From the NCBI RefSeq assembly GCF_039654945.1, contig NW_027361693.1:8122001-8186000 (forward strand): 64,000 nucleotides of DNA. Reading direction: 5' to 3'. Origin of the DNA: Dendrobates tinctorius. Taxonomy: Eukaryota. A program made the position numbers and the translations under genes. The notes below the pieces were generated by a model. That model saw only the letters and a list, made by a program, of their open reading frames with translations, made no database searches and was not told where the DNA came from. This document shows positions 34,345 to 48,610 of this stretch, in pieces (within the stretch, counting starts at the first letter, position 1; each line of letters opens with the position of its first letter).

Positions 34345-35403
34345 GTAAAATAAAAGTTTAAAAAACCTTCGGCCAAGTATGAGGTCCAGAGCACTCTGGA
34401 AGAGATTTTCATCCATGATACCTCTGTACTTGGCCGCATTCATGTTTCCTTCAATTGCAACTGGTGATCCTGTCCCGGCAGCTGAAAAACACTCCCATAG
34501 CATGATGCTTCCACCACCATGCTTTACTGTTAGGATTGTATTGGGCAGGTGATTATCAGTGCCTTGTTTTCTCCACACATACCAATTAGAATTATCACCA
34601 AAAACTTTTATCTTTGTCTCACCAGACCACAGAATCTTATTTTTATAATCTGGGAGTCCTTCATCTGTTTTTTTTAGCAAACTCTATGTGGGCTTTCATA
34701 TGTGTGGCACTCATGAGAGGTGTCTGTCGGTCCACTCTGCCATAAAGGCCTAACTGGTGGAGGGATGCAGTGATAGTTGACTTTGTGGAACTTTCTCCCA
34801 TCTCCCTGCTGCATTTGTGGAGCTCAGCCACAGTGATCTTGGGGTTCTTATTTACCTCTCTCACCAAGGTTCTTCTCCCATTATTGCTCAGTTTGGCTGG
34901 ACATTCATGTCTAGGAAGACTTCTGGTGGTCCCAAACTTCTTCCATTTAAGGATTAAGGAGGCCACTGTGCTCTTAGGAACCTTGAGTACTGCAGAGAAT
35001 CTTCTATAACCTTGGCCAGATCTGTGTCTTGCCACAATTCTGTCTCTGAGCTCCTTGGCCAGTTCCTTTGACCTCATGATTCTTATTTGGTCTGACATGC
35101 ACTGTGAGCTGTGTGTCTTTACAAATCAAGTCCTGTCAGTTTATCACAAGGAAATGGACAGCATCTGACTTAAATATGAGTGTCTGAGCCAAAAGCCTGA
35201 ATACTTATGACCATGTAATATTTCAGTTTTTCTTTTTTAATAAATTTGCAAAACTTTCTACATTTCTGTTTTTTTCAGTCAAGATGATGTGCAGAGTGTA
35301 CATTAATGAGAAAAAAAATAACTTTTTTTGAATTTACCAAATGGCTATAATGAAACAAAGAGTGACAAATTTAAAGGGGTCTGAATACTTTCCGTACCCA
35401 CTG
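34345..35403 (-). mobile_element. Tc1/mariner transposon, truncated, frameshifted transposase
   Basis: ORFs 34661-35098 (paired-like HTH) and 34345-34680 (WSGETKI, TVKHGGGSIMLW). TIR CAGTGGGTACGGAAAGTATTCAGACCCC next to TA. Confidence 0.92.
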
Positions 35404-37589
35404 TACATTGGTACATGAATGCAGTAAGACAGAATGTGGCACTCACCATTCCATAAAAGTCAATTTTATTAAACAGAAGCAAAACACCGACACAGTGGAG
35501 AATGGAATACATATTGGACTATGCATGTTCCATTCACTCCTGCATCCATGTTTTAATTTTTTTTTAATTAAAATTACTTTTAAGTGACGGTGAGTGCCAC
35601 CTTCTATTTTCCCACATTTTTATAAACTGCTTTGTTTTGGTGTTGCACCTCTGATCCCGGTTGATCGGAAGTTTCATACAAGCCATTTGGGAATTCAGAG
35701 CGTTTACATGTTGTCAGGTTCTCTCACTTGAAGTATATTGGTACATGCCACATTTGAATTTTTCAGGGTAAAATTTTGATTTTTGGTCTCTCCAGTTGTG
35801 AAGAATTTACGACTATACGTAAAATGTAAACATATACTTGATGAGTGAGTTTGAATTCTATACTTGTTGAACTTTTGTTTTAAAGAGTAGCAGGGTATCT
35901 AATATTCTGTTAGGGTCACACTTAGCAACTAGTATACATTTTTATAATTTTTTTTAAATTGAGTGTAATTTTAACAATGTACTATTTGTTAACTTTCAGA
36001 AACTACAATATATTGATATTGTGGGCTAATATCAACTTGTTATTTAGTAATTTAGGCTTTATTTGTGCTCATCAACATTGAAAACAATTGTCCTGATAAT
36101 AGGTGTGAGAAACCCCTAGCGGCAAAAGGGTTAATAAAGAGGAAAGCACAAATATGTTATTTTACTGAACAGTTGCTGAATTTAGAAGAAGGCTGTTCTT
36201 TAAAAGTGTACTTTGCAGACTTGCAGTTACCCTGCATGTTAGACGCTATATTGTAACATCTCTAGCATCTGTTAATGGTTTGGTTTTATTGCAATGATTG
36301 CCTTTCAGGATACCATTTCAGACTATTTTGAGTTTTCGAGCTCAAGGCCAGAAACTGCTTCCAAGTTTTTGCAGTTGACTTTTGTCTCTTCTTTTCTGAA
36401 ATTACGTACTGATGATAGTAGTAAAAATGGAATAGTTGAACATCTTATCATGCAATCAATAACAATCAAGAAAAGTTTTTTTCTGAAGACATACTCTACA
36501 ATGAAGAACAGAAGAGTAAAATGAAATGTCCCCAATCCCTTTAATTTTGATTTCTTTTCAATTGTAAGATGCAATAGGGCATGTTAAATATGCCTCATCT
36601 AATTTGGCTTGATTTAAATTAGATTTACTTGGCTAAGTAGCTGCCACAGAGTTAGTTTTCTGGATTTGATAGCTTCCATAAAAACATCATTGATTTACAT
36701 ATGCATCCATAGCTGCAGCTTTCAAAAAGCAAAATAAAACACTTTATGTGAATGTTCAACTTGGAATTACATCATGATTTTCAAGAAACTAACCAAAATA
36801 TATCTGCATTTTGCATAATACTCCACCACTGCATCTACTGTAATTGTTTTAATTTATGTTACTGTCGCAGAAATATCGAGGGCTTGAGCCTATAGCGTTA
36901 TATTTTTTTAATATATGGTATGTGAAATTTACATCCCCATAAAGGCCTTTTAATTGAATAGCATTAAAATGTAGAAGTAAAGCTCTAGCAAGATAAACTG
37001 GCAGCTAATTTGTTTATATAACCACAGCATGCTAATGACCAGATGTGATCTCTCAGTTTTGTAAATGAGAATAAATTGAGATTGGTCTGAAGTGTAGGTA
37101 CATTTTAATTTTACAGAGCTAATGTGTATTGATATTTATAATAAACTCAGCCCTTGTGGTGCAGAGAAATTTTGCTGGAGCAAAGAAAAAGAGTGTCACT
37201 TTAATTACATCATTTTTTGTAACAAAATGTGTCTTTTAAAACTTCCAGATTTTATGCTTTAAGGAGCGATCTTACAAGCTATTTTCTCTCTGTCAGTGTA
37301 AATTTGTTTTGTCTGAATATTTTTGATAATACATCAATTGGATATAAGCCCTGCAGCAGTCCAAAAATTACACAGTCATTAAAGATAAAAATGGAACAAC
37401 AAAACATTTAAATAGAGAATAAAATATGGATTTACTTTTTAAATCATTAGCTTAGAATTTAGCATTTGAAGCACTGACTCATGGCCATGGCATGCATGAA
37501 CAATGAGCAAATTGGTTTTATAGTAGGGTTCAGCCACTCTCCCCTTCTTACCTACTCACTCATCATAGCCCCAAATATATTCAGAGTCT

Positions 37590-37885
37590 AGATCATGTGA
37601 AGTAATTATCCCCCTCTACTCTTCTTTGGTCAGACCTCATCTGGATTACTGTGTCCAGTTCTTTGCAAGACATTATAACAAAGACATTGAAAAACTGGAG
37701 TAAGTTAAGAGAAGAGCTACTGGGATGGTGAGCAGACTGCAAAGTATGTCCAAGAGGAACATTTGCACATGGAAACAAGAGAAGCAATGGAATGAAACTG
37801 AAAGGGAGAAGATACAGATAAGATATTAGAAAAAACATTTTGATCATGAGGGTGATCAATGAGTGGCACAGGCTATCACAAGAGG
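37590..37885 (+). mobile_element. CR1 LINE 3' fragments
   Basis: [12 protein letters not shown]-like, RSNGMKL and RVINEWHRL motifs. Confidence 0.65.
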
Positions 37886-38283
37886 CGCTGAGATCTCATC
37901 TCCCAAGATCTTGGTGCCGAGATCTCCATCTGCACATGCACAGTCCCCGGCAGCCATTTTCCCAGCGTCTACCGCATAGGAAACCAGGGAACTGCAGGGG
38001 CTCTGGCCTTTCACAAAATGTCGGCAGAGCCCCCGTAGCACCGGAAACCTGCAGCACATGACACCCGGAGCACTGTGCACCCACAGCGGCGTGCCGCATA
38101 TCTGAGCACCCCCTCATCCCAGCTTGTGGCCTGCAGCAACACTCAACTCTTTCCTCCTCCAACCGCGACCCTGGGATCATGCTCCACTGCGGCTAGGAAG
38201 GTATATTCACATTATATGACACACCCCATTTTCCCCCAAAATTTGGGGAAAAAAGTTTGTCTTATAAGCCCAAAAATACGGTA
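37886..38283. mobile_element. Right end of a pogo/Tigger-like MITE (family of 41118-42198)
   Basis: Ends GTCTTATAAGCCCAAAAATACGG|TA; internal similarity to the 41118-42198 element. Confidence 0.7.
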
Positions 38284-38899
38284 CTGTTTTTGCACAGGGC
38301 CCTTTTCTATCTCTGCCCATCACTTCTCTTGTGCAAATGAATTTCTCAAGAATCTCTAAAACTTTTCATTATGCTTTGTAATATAGATGGTGGGATATTC
38401 AAAGTATTTGTGATTTTACATCAAGGAACATTTTTTCTTAAATTGTTCCACAATTTCCAGACACAGTTGTTCACAAATTGGTGAACCCTTTGAATATTTT
38501 TGTTTCTGAATGACTCTGCCTCTTTAACATGAACTTTTTATGCACACTCATGTGACTTAGTTGGAAATTGACCCTCCAGCTTATTTTTTATTAGAGCGAC
38601 TTCTACTTACAATTTCATCCTTAACACTGTCCCAACTTATTTGAGATTAGTTGCTACCATCAATTTCTCTAATATACAGTGGCATGTCAAAGTTTGGGCA
38701 CCCCTGGTCAAAATTACCAATGCCAATAAAAAGCAATATTCCCCATCTGTCTGATGATAAGCCATTTATCCCACACCATTATCAATCTCTGCTTCAACTG
38801 GATTTTGAGCTGAACAGTAGCATGATGCGACCATTTAGCCTGAAATCCATGAGACACTGAGCTGAGCGTCAGAGCACAGTGTGATTAACATCGCAAACT

Positions 38900-40258
38900 C
38901 AACTTCTCCAGTGATGCTCTAGGAGTGCTGAATGCCTATGGAGAAAAACCCACACACCAGAAGACTTCATCCACTTCAAATTTATGTTAAGAACCTATAA
39001 CACTGCCCTTCACCTCGCCAAACAGACTTACTTTACCACCCTGATCTCACTAGCCAACAACCCCAAGAAACTTTTTGACACTTTTCACTCCCTCCTCAGG
39101 CCAAAAGCACAAGCCCCTATCACAGACATTTGTGCTGATGACCTGGCCCCCCACTTTACAGAAAAAATATATAATATCCATCTGGAAATCTGCTCCCAAC
39201 CACCAAGAGCTGTGACTCCCATCCCTTCCTGCATCTCCCCTGGCTCACTTTCCACATTTGACCCCATCACAGAAGAAGACGTCTGCAGACTCCTCTCTTC
39301 CTCTCATCCGATTACATGCACTACCAACCCCATTCCCCCACATCTCTTCCAGTCTCTCTCTCCTGTCGTCACAACTCACCTAACTGCAATTTTTAATCTC
39401 TCCCTCTCCTCGGGCATTTTCCCATCCTCCTTTAAACACGCCATCGTTACTCTATTACTAAAGAAACCCACTCTCGACCAATCCTGCACAACCAACTACA
39501 GACCAGTCTCCAATCTCCCCTTCATCTCTAAACTTTTGTAATGCCTAGTTTACTCCCGCCTTACCCGTTACCGCGCCACTCACTCACTTCTAGACCCTTC
39601 ACAGTCCAGCTTCTGCCCCCTACATTCAACTAAAACTGCACTCATCAGAGTGGCCAATGACCTTCTGACAGCAAAACATAACGGTGACCACTCTCTGCTC
39701 ATTCTTCTTGACCTATCTGTAGCTTTCGACACTGTTGACCACCATCTCCTACTCTCACTCTCTAGGCTCCAGTCACTAGGCATTAAGGACACTGCTCTCT
39801 CCTGGTTCTCTTCCTATGTTTCTAACCGCTCCTTCAGTGTTTTGTTCTCTGGCTCCACGTCATCTCTTCTTCCTCTCGCTGTCGGGGTACCTCAGGGCTC
39901 AGTCCATGGCCCCCTTCTCTTCTCTCTGTACACGGCCCCAATTGGACAGACCATTAGCAGATTTGGCTTTCAGTACCATCTTTATGCTGATGACAAACAA
40001 CTATACACATCATCCCCAGACCTTACCCCCCCGCTGTACTACAGAATGCCAGTGACTGTCTGTCCATAGCCTCCAACATCTTGTCCGCTCTCTATCTGAA
40101 ACTCACCTTCTCCAAAAACTGTACTTCTGCTCCCGCCATCTACTAACCTCCGTAAATCTGACATTTCCCTCTCCGTGGGTGGCACCACAATAACACCCCG
40201 GCAGCAGGTGCGCTGTCTGGGTGTTATGTTTGACACCAATCTCTCCTTCACATCCATT
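38900..40258 (+). mobile_element. L2-clade LINE ORF2 (RT) fragment
   Basis: [54 protein letters not shown]. Confidence 0.9.
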
Positions 40259-40554
40259 TTCGGGAACATGATATTTTTTGATTGCTTTCTATTCTGATTT
40301 TTGGGAGGCAAAATAAACAAAAACAAGCAATTCAGGAATTATTTTTTTTGGAGTTTTTTATGTCATTCCACGTGTTTTAAAATTGGTAAGACAGCTTTAT
40401 TCTTCAGGTCAGTACGATTAGAGTGAGACCAGTTTGATATAGTTTTTTTATGTTATGGTGATTTTACACAATTATATAGGGATAGAGTACACGTCACTCC
40501 GTTGTATTCAAAGTGCACGGAAAAGGATACCACTCCTCAAAATGTATAGTATAA

Positions 40555-40850
40555 GGCCTCTTTCACACTTCCGTTTTTGACAATCAGTCAAGATCCGCCA
40601 ATTTTGAAAAAAAACGGATCTGCCATTTTTCTTTGCGGATCCGTTTTTTTCCCCATTAATTTCATTATTGGCGGATCCTGACTGATTGCCGTCCGTTGCA
40701 TCCGTTTTTGTGAGGATCCGCCACAATGTTAGTGTCCGTCAACATCCTCAAAGATTTCCAAGCGGAGCTTGTAACGTTTTTTTGCCCAGCGGATCCTCCA
40801 GACACTGAATTAACCCCAAATTGTGTCTGGATGCCGGACAAAAAAAATCT
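40555..40850. mobile_element. Harbinger-like MITE fragment
   Basis: Terminus TAA|GGCCTCTTTCACACTT followed by repeated GGATCCG palindromic motifs. Confidence 0.55.
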
Positions 40851-41117
40851 CTCTCTCTCTCTCGTACCTAGAGGTATGGAGATATGCATGAGCATGGAAT
40901 ATCCATGAAAGGCAGCCACGATAAGTAGCAATATTCTCTGTAGAAATGAATAATAGTATTAGTAAAAGAACAATCAGAAAAATGAAATAAAAGTGAAATA
41001 AAAAACTGAAAAAAATGAGAAAAAAATGAAATAAATAAAAAAAGAGAAAAAAATGAAAAAATAAAAACACTGAAAAAATGACGATAAATCATTGTTTCTT
41101 GCCATGCTTCTTAAGTA

Positions 41118-42198
41118 CCGTATTTTTCGTTTTATAAGACGCTCCGCATTATAAGACGCACCACAAATTTTGAGGAGAAAAATAGGAAAAAACGTTTTTT
41201 TAATAAAATGGTGGTGCCTCTTATAATCCAGGTGTCTTATTGCTTACCGGGGTGGTGGCTGCGGTGAAGTGGGGTCCCAGGGTCGCTGCTGAAGGAGGCA
41301 GGAGTGGGGTGATACTGCAGGCTGCAGGAAGGGATGAGAGGGTGCTCCGATGTGCAGCACGCTGTCAGGGGGGCTCATGCTGCTACCAGGGGGGCTCATG
41401 CTGCTACCTGGGGGGCTCACACTGCTGCCAGGGGGGCTGTACTGCTGCCAAGGGGGTCTGTGCTGCTGCCAGGGGGGTCTGTGCTGCTGCCAGGGGGGCT
41501 CATGCTGCTACCAGGGGCACTCATGCTGCTACCAGGGGGGCTCATGCTGCTGCCAGGGGGGCTGTACTGCTGCCAGGGGGGGCTTGTGCTGCTACCAGGG
41601 GGGCTCATGCTGCTACCAGGGGGGCTTGCGCTGCTGCCAGGGGGGCTGTACTGCTGCCAGGGGGGGCTCATGCTGCTACCAGGGGGGCTTGCGCTGCTGC
41701 CAGGGGGGCTGTACAGCTGCCAGGGGGGTCTGTGCAGCAGCCCGGGGCTCTGCCCACATTTACCGGGTGTCCATCGGCACTGTGGGTGTCTCTGGGTGCC
41801 CGCCGTGTCTCCACATGCCCAGCGGTGTCTCCGGTTCCAATCCCGGGGCTCTGGCGACATTTTGTGACAGGCCAGAGCCCCGGGGCTCCCTCTCGGTTCC
41901 CTCTGTTTTGGGCTCCGGCAATATGGCGGCGGCCGCCGGGGGCGGCGCATGCGCTGATGGTGATCTCGGGACTGAGATCTTGAGAAATGAGATATCAGCG
42001 CCCCGGGATTGGAATAGGAGACACTGCTGGGCACGTGGAGACATGGCTGGGCACCCGGAGACACCCACAGCACCGACGGACAGCCGGACACCCCTGCGGC
42101 CTACACCCAGTAATATATATCCTCTTTGTAAGACGCACTCCCATTTTCCCCCCAAGTTTGGGGGAAAAAAAGTGCGTCTTACAAAGCAGAAAATATGG
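41118..42198. mobile_element. pogo/Tigger-like MITE with an internal GC-rich minisatellite
   Basis: TA|CCGTATTTTTC..TATAAGACG ... CGTCTTA..AAAATATGG|TA. Confidence 0.8.
41367..41735 (+). repeat. ~19-22-bp minisatellite (GGGGGGCTCATGCTGCTRCCA)n
   Basis: Direct inspection. Confidence 0.92.
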
Positions 42199-43824
42199 TA
42201 TGTTTTTATGGTATTCACTAAAAGGGTTAACTAGTGAACCAGTTTTATAGGTCGGGTCATTCTGGAATATTTATTTATGAGTACAATAGATATAATTTTT
42301 ATATTTATTTTTTCTTTTTCTAATATATATTTTTACAATTTTTTTTCACTTTTTTAAAACTTTTTTTTAACTTGTTTGCATTCCACTATGGGACTTCCAT
42401 TTTTTGCTGGAGCATACCTAAGCTATGCAATCTGTCAGCAGTGCACTGACAGGCAAACTTGCTTCATCATGCTCTGAGAATGACCAAGCAACTTTCTAGC
42501 TCTGATGACCAGAATGTCGTCATGACAACATTGGTTCACCATGGCAATGATCGGGACTCTACAAGGACGTAGCGATGTCTCCGATCCAAGGAAAGAGGGT
42601 CTTTCTTCCCACTGCCTGCTCCCAAAATGCTGTGATCAAGTTTTATAGCAGCATTTAGGGGGTAAGGGCTCATGCTAACTGGCGATGAAATCGGACGAAT
42701 TTAATCCGATAAAAAAAAGTATTGAATTCGAACCAATGCTGCTCTATGATGGTGTCTTCATGTGCGTTTTTTTTTTCAGCTCGGATCGGATCAAGATCGG
42801 GTTGGAAACAAATCGCAGCATGATGCGATTGTAATCGCAAATTGGATCGCATCGGATCACATCCTGCAATAGAAGTCAATGGGTGCGATAAAAAATCGCA
42901 CAGCACTCGCATGGTGATTTTTATGCACCCGTGTCCTTTGAAACACTGGCAATCCATAAGCGGCTATACAGTAAATTCACACTGACAGGTTATAATAGAA
43001 AATATAAAACACATATATACACATAGAATAGGTGTATAAAAAAAATATATATTTATACTGTATATATATATATATGTCAGTGATACACATATTTCATATA
43101 GAGATACATAGTAGAATAGCCGGTAATTCATTTGTCGGCTTTTGTAAAATCATTACAGAAGGACAGGAGACATGGTTTACATGCAGTAAATTGTTGCAGA
43201 GCAGTTAGATTTATATATGACAGTGACTAATAGTGTTAGTAGTATATGTGTGTAAAATTTGGGAGCTGTATGTATTTAATAAAAGAATGTATACATGGGA
43301 AAAAAATTGTGTGGGCTCCCGTGCAATTTTCTGCGCCAGAAAAGGAAAGCCAGTGACTGAGGTCAGATATGAATAGCTTAGGAAGGAACCATGGTTATTG
43401 CCCCCCAGCTAAAAACATCTGCCCCCAGACACCCCAGAAAAGGCCCATCTGTAAGTTGCAACAATTCTGGCACTTAGCCTCTCTTATCCCACTGCCCTGT
43501 AGCAGTGGCATATGGGGTAATAAGGGGTTAATGTCACCTTTGTATTGAAAGGAGACATTAAACCTGGTTAGCAATGGACAGGTGTCAATAAGACACCTCT
43601 CCATTACTAATCCTGAAGTTTGTAAATGGTTAAATAAACGCACACATGCAGAATGAAGTATTTTAATGAAATAAAAGAACACACAGTTTTACCATCTTTA
43701 TTCTTCTGCAAAATGCAAATGAATCCCTCTATCTTCTGTAAAAAATAAAAAATAAAAAGCAACATTATACCATACCTCTCCAGCGTACAGTCAGTACCAT
43801 GGCATAAATCCATATATGGGGGTT

Positions 43825-44210
43825 AAATAGTTTACAACCAGGAACCGTGCTAATGCTACTGCCCCAGCTGTAAACCACAGAGGAATTAATGAGAAGCTGC
43901 CTGAGCAGCCTCCCAGCCTCTCCTGCAGTGAACTCTGCAGTGTGGGAAAGTGACACTTCATTTTCCCACGCTGCCGAGTTCATTGCAGGTCAGGCTGGGA
44001 GGCTGCGCAGCATCAGTGATTTCAACGCAGCCTCCCAGCCTGACCTGCGATGAACTCGTCAGTGTGGGAAAATGAACTGTCACTTTCCCGCACTGCAGAG
44101 TTCACCGTGGGTCAGGCTGGGAGGCTGCACAGGCAGCTTCTCATTCATTCCTCTGTGGCTTACAGCCAGGGTGGTAGCATTAGCACCGCTCCCGGTTGTA
44201 AATTATTTGC
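43825..44210. repeat. Imperfect inverted repeat (~190-bp arms) in a MITE-like element
   Basis: 43825-44010 is the reverse complement of 44025-44210. Confidence 0.75.
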
Positions 44211-44591
44211 ATTACACTCGTCCGACTCTCCTGTATCGAAATGGGACCGATTTTTAAATCGCTAGTGTGTCTCTTCCCTTAAAGTGCCATTCCTGGCACT
44301 GATTACCTGGTGTCATTTGTCAGAATCAGCTGACACCCGGTGGCATTCACACGCTCACAGTGTCTGTGCACGCAAAATCATCTGGATGTATCCAAACGTC
44401 CAAGGTCAGTAAATACCAGGCGACCTAGACGTGTGAATATGACTAAGGTCAGAAAGGAGTTAATTGTGGAAAATAAACTATCAACACTTCCATTTTTGCA
44501 TGATGCTTAATTTCAGCATACCTCTGAAGATCTTCCTAAAATAGTCTCATGTACAAACATACATACACACTCACACACAAAAATATGTATA

Positions 44592-44633
<42 letters not shown>

Positions 44634-44926
44634 CATTTGTATGTGTATTCTGGGTGTTAATATTGTGATTTTATTCCTATGGGAATTTAGCGATGATATT
44701 TTTAATATTTTAGCAAGCAACATCTGTTCACTATACTTTAGATTCTGTGAAATATCTAACACATGCAACCAGCATTTAATGAATTAGTACTAAGGGTTAC
44801 AAGTACTTCTCTATATTTTTACAAAGGTGTAATTTCTTTAATGGTGTGATTTTATTTTTAGGGAAATATCGCTAGAAGTTATATTTTAATATTTCACAAG
44901 AACAAGCAACAGATGTTACGCAAAGG

Positions 44927-44968
<42 letters not shown>

Positions 44969-45244
44969 TATATGTATATACAGATTTGTTCACCTATATT
45001 TTTTTAATGTGTCTAAGGGCTTCAGTTAATTATCAGACACAAATTTAGTACAATATCGTTATTTCTATATATCTCTTTAATGTGGTAGTTATGTGGATAG
45101 CAGAATGCCAGTGGTGCCCAATCCATGTATCAACTGACAAGTTCCTTTTACAGTGGAACCTGTCATGTACACAAATCCTATTTATTTGCATCAATAATGT
45201 TAATCTATAAGTTAATAGGGTTAAGACCATTGATTGCTGCCTTA

Positions 45245-45652
45245 AGGTACTGTCACACTTAGCGATGCACCAGCGATCTCGACCAGCGGTATGACGCGGT
45301 CAGGATCGCAGGTGGATCGCTAAGTGGTCGCTAGTGAGCTGCCACACAGGCAGATCTCACCAGCGACATAGCAGAGTCCGGGGGTCGTTACTTACCTGTC
45401 ACACTAGGCGATCCTGACGTCCTCCCGCCTGCATCCACGTTTGTCGCGTATCTCTCCACGGAAAGCCCAGCAGGAAGCTGACGACGAGAAATGGTCCAGG
45501 ACGTTCTCGCGCGATCAGCGATAAGCAGCGGGGGAGTGGTCGGAGGTAAGTATCAGACATAGCGATATCGCTAGCAATATCGCTAAAACGTCACAAAAAC
45601 CAGTGACGTTATAGCGATATTGCTAGTGATATCGCTTAGTGTGACAGGCCCT
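45245..45652. mobile_element. MITE (Harbinger-like)
   Basis: TIRs AGG..CTGTCACACT.AGCGAT; relative of 32406-32813 and 18102-18675. Confidence 0.82.
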
Positions 45653-48610
45653 TTATGGTAGATACAAAGTCTTTTAGATGTTAACATTGCTTTTGAAACA
45701 AAAGATACTTCACCATAACCAGCAGTGTTTTCATTGTAGTTTCTTTTCTGAAATCATGACATCTCCTCAGATTTATTTTGCAGCAGGGTTTTAGCCCTTT
45801 TACCCCAGAGGGTGGTTTGCATGTCAATGACCGGGCCAATTTTTTACAATTCTGACCACTGTCCCTTTATGAGGTTGCAAATCTGGAATGTTTCAACGGA
45901 TCTTTGCGATTCTTAGATATTTTTTTCGTGACCTATTGTACTCCACATTAGTCATAAAATTTATTCGCTATAACTTGCGCTTATTCGTGTAAAAACAGAA
46001 ATTTGACGAAAAATTTGGAAGATTTTGCAATTTTCAAACTGTGAAATTTTATGCCCTTAAAACAGAAAAATAGTTAATAAATAGTGATGAGCGAGCATGT
46101 TTGGCACTACTCGGTACTCACCTGAATATCGCTGTACTCACGGTACTCGGTGAGCACTGAGCATTTCCAGGATTATTTGGCAGGAGCTCGAGTCTCTGTC
46201 CTGCAAGTTTGGCACTCTTAAAAGCACCAATCAACATGCAGGAATTGTCTGCCACACACTGTAATGCCACAGCCATCTTTGTTGTGGTATTACAGTGATT
46301 GTCTGGTCACACAGCGTCATCGGGTCTATATCAGAACATCAGAACTGACGCCACCCGGCTTGGCCTGGTCGCCTCCGGAATCAGACAGTGTAGGGAGAGC
46401 TACTGCTGAGATAGGGAGACATTTGTGCTTTTATTAGTTAGTGTGGGTATACCATCATTGAATCCACATATCCAGCTAAATCAACAGTCCTTCTAAGACT
46501 AATTACGGGGTATATAGATTGCAGTGCTATGTAGGCAGGGAGTGTATGTGACTAAATATTCATCAGTGCAAGCATGCAGGCACTATTTGTGGGTATATAG
46601 ATAAAATTGCATACATCAAGAGGGTCCTTTCCATTGCTGTCTGCTGCTGCTGCCTATTACATATATTGACCATATACTGTATATAGTCCAAGGTATCAGT
46701 GAGCAGGAATAATCTTTTTGGCATCTTAATACTGATTATTTTATTCCAAAGCAATCCAGGGCTTCCTTTTTTCCCTCCATTTGCTGGTTGACACAGCAGA
46801 ATACAGCCAGAGCCTTTTCATAGTACAGCATGAAAATCCACCTATTTTAAACAAGGTTGCCCATGCCAGCCATCACATCTGAGTGCACAGAAATTTCTGA
46901 CATTTTTGTGGTACTGTTAAATTTTTTTGGAGTGTCTTATAGAATTTCTTGACACCATTTTGCTGCCCAAAAAATACTTGGCTGCCAAAAAAATATTTAG
47001 CTACAGGGCAGATATTTTACACCGTGTTTTGTCTGCCACATGGATCACATATCATTGCGCTCAAAATTGTGACATTTCAGGCCTCCATAGAATTTTTTTG
47101 TTTTGTTGTATCTTATCTTAGCCTACATGTTGACACAATTTAACTGGGCAAAAAATAAAAAATACAGTCCACATATTAAACAGTCTGTTATCTCCGTCAG
47201 ACGCTTGATCTGTCTGTGTGCTACAAATTGTGGTATTTCAGGCCTACATTCTACTGTTTTTGCTGTGTCTTACCCTAGTTATTGACACCAGTTTGATAAC
47301 CAAAAATACATTTTTACCTACAGTCCAAATATTTTAAAGTGCTGTTTTCCAGCACATGGATCACATACAAGTACGCTACCAATTCAGAAATTTGCAGTGA
47401 ACGTGGAAAATATTGAGGTCCATTTAAAAAGGGCAAAGCGCATGGCAAGGGACGAGGAAGTGGACGTAATGGTGATTGTGCTTCCAGATGCTGAGGTCAT
47501 GTGCAAGCTGAAATTGTGCCACAACAAACACTCACATCTTCTTGCCTGGCCTTCATGACCCAATTACTATGGGCCTGCTGCAGGACATCACTATTGAAAC
47601 CAGAGCACTGTGAAAATGTTGTTGGTTGGTTAGCGGATTATGCTTACGGTCAGATTGCCATCACCACCACTACCACCCTGTCTTCCACACGGTCAATTCT
47701 GAGTAGGTGTGAGTCTGGACCGCATGTTCCTCACCATGATCCTCCTTCCTCCTACCATGCTAAGTGCCTGGAGACAACTGATCCCACACTTGGACACTCC
47801 AAAGAGCTGTTCACTTTTCCATTTAGAGATTCGGGCCTCCTTCCCGGTCCACTTGAAGTGGGGCAATATGAGATCGCATGTAGCGATGCCCAAATATTTG
47901 AGCAGTCATGGTCACACAAAGGTGGCGGTGAGAATGTGTCACAAAAGGTGGACGATGATGAGAAACAATTGCCAACAAGTCAGGAGGAGGACCAGGTTGT
48001 AGAAGTGGAAGCCGAGGTGCTTGATGATAATAGTAACTGACCCAACCTGACAGGAGGACATGTAGAGTGAGGACAGCAGCACACAGGGGAGGGAGGCATA
48101 TCACCCCAACAGGCAGGAAGAAGCAGTCTTGTGGCCACAGACAGAAGGCGGGCAACTGTTACTCGTAACACTAACACAACAGAATTTGACAGTACAACTG
48201 TTAGGTCATCATGAGTCTGGTTGTTTTCAAAGACTCTGCTGATAACACCAAACAGGCCATTTGCACCACCTGCCATGCCCGCATCAGCAGAGGTAGCAAA
48301 ACTAACAGCCTGACCACCATCAGCATGATCTGGCACATAGCAGCAAAGCATCTGATTTTGTGGGCCGAACCTCAGGCTCCAGGAACAGTGTCTGTGGGTG
48401 AAAACACTGCTTGCTCCACTGTTGTGCGCACAAGTCAATCCCCTGCCACGGTGCATGCAGACATGCCTCCTGCCCTGCACTTGTCGTTGCCCTCACTCAA
48501 CTACCACCATTATCAGGCACGTCCACGTCCTTGTCCCAGCGCAGCCTTCAGTTGTCCATACCCCAGTCATTAGAATGCAAGCGTAAATATGCAGCCAATG
48601 CCCCACAGAC

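Noticed and set aside
41240-42250. Long overlapping ORFs (up to 294 aa; Cys/Gly- or Ala-rich)
   Set aside because: They are by-products of a stop-free GC-rich minisatellite in a MITE, open in many frames on both strands.
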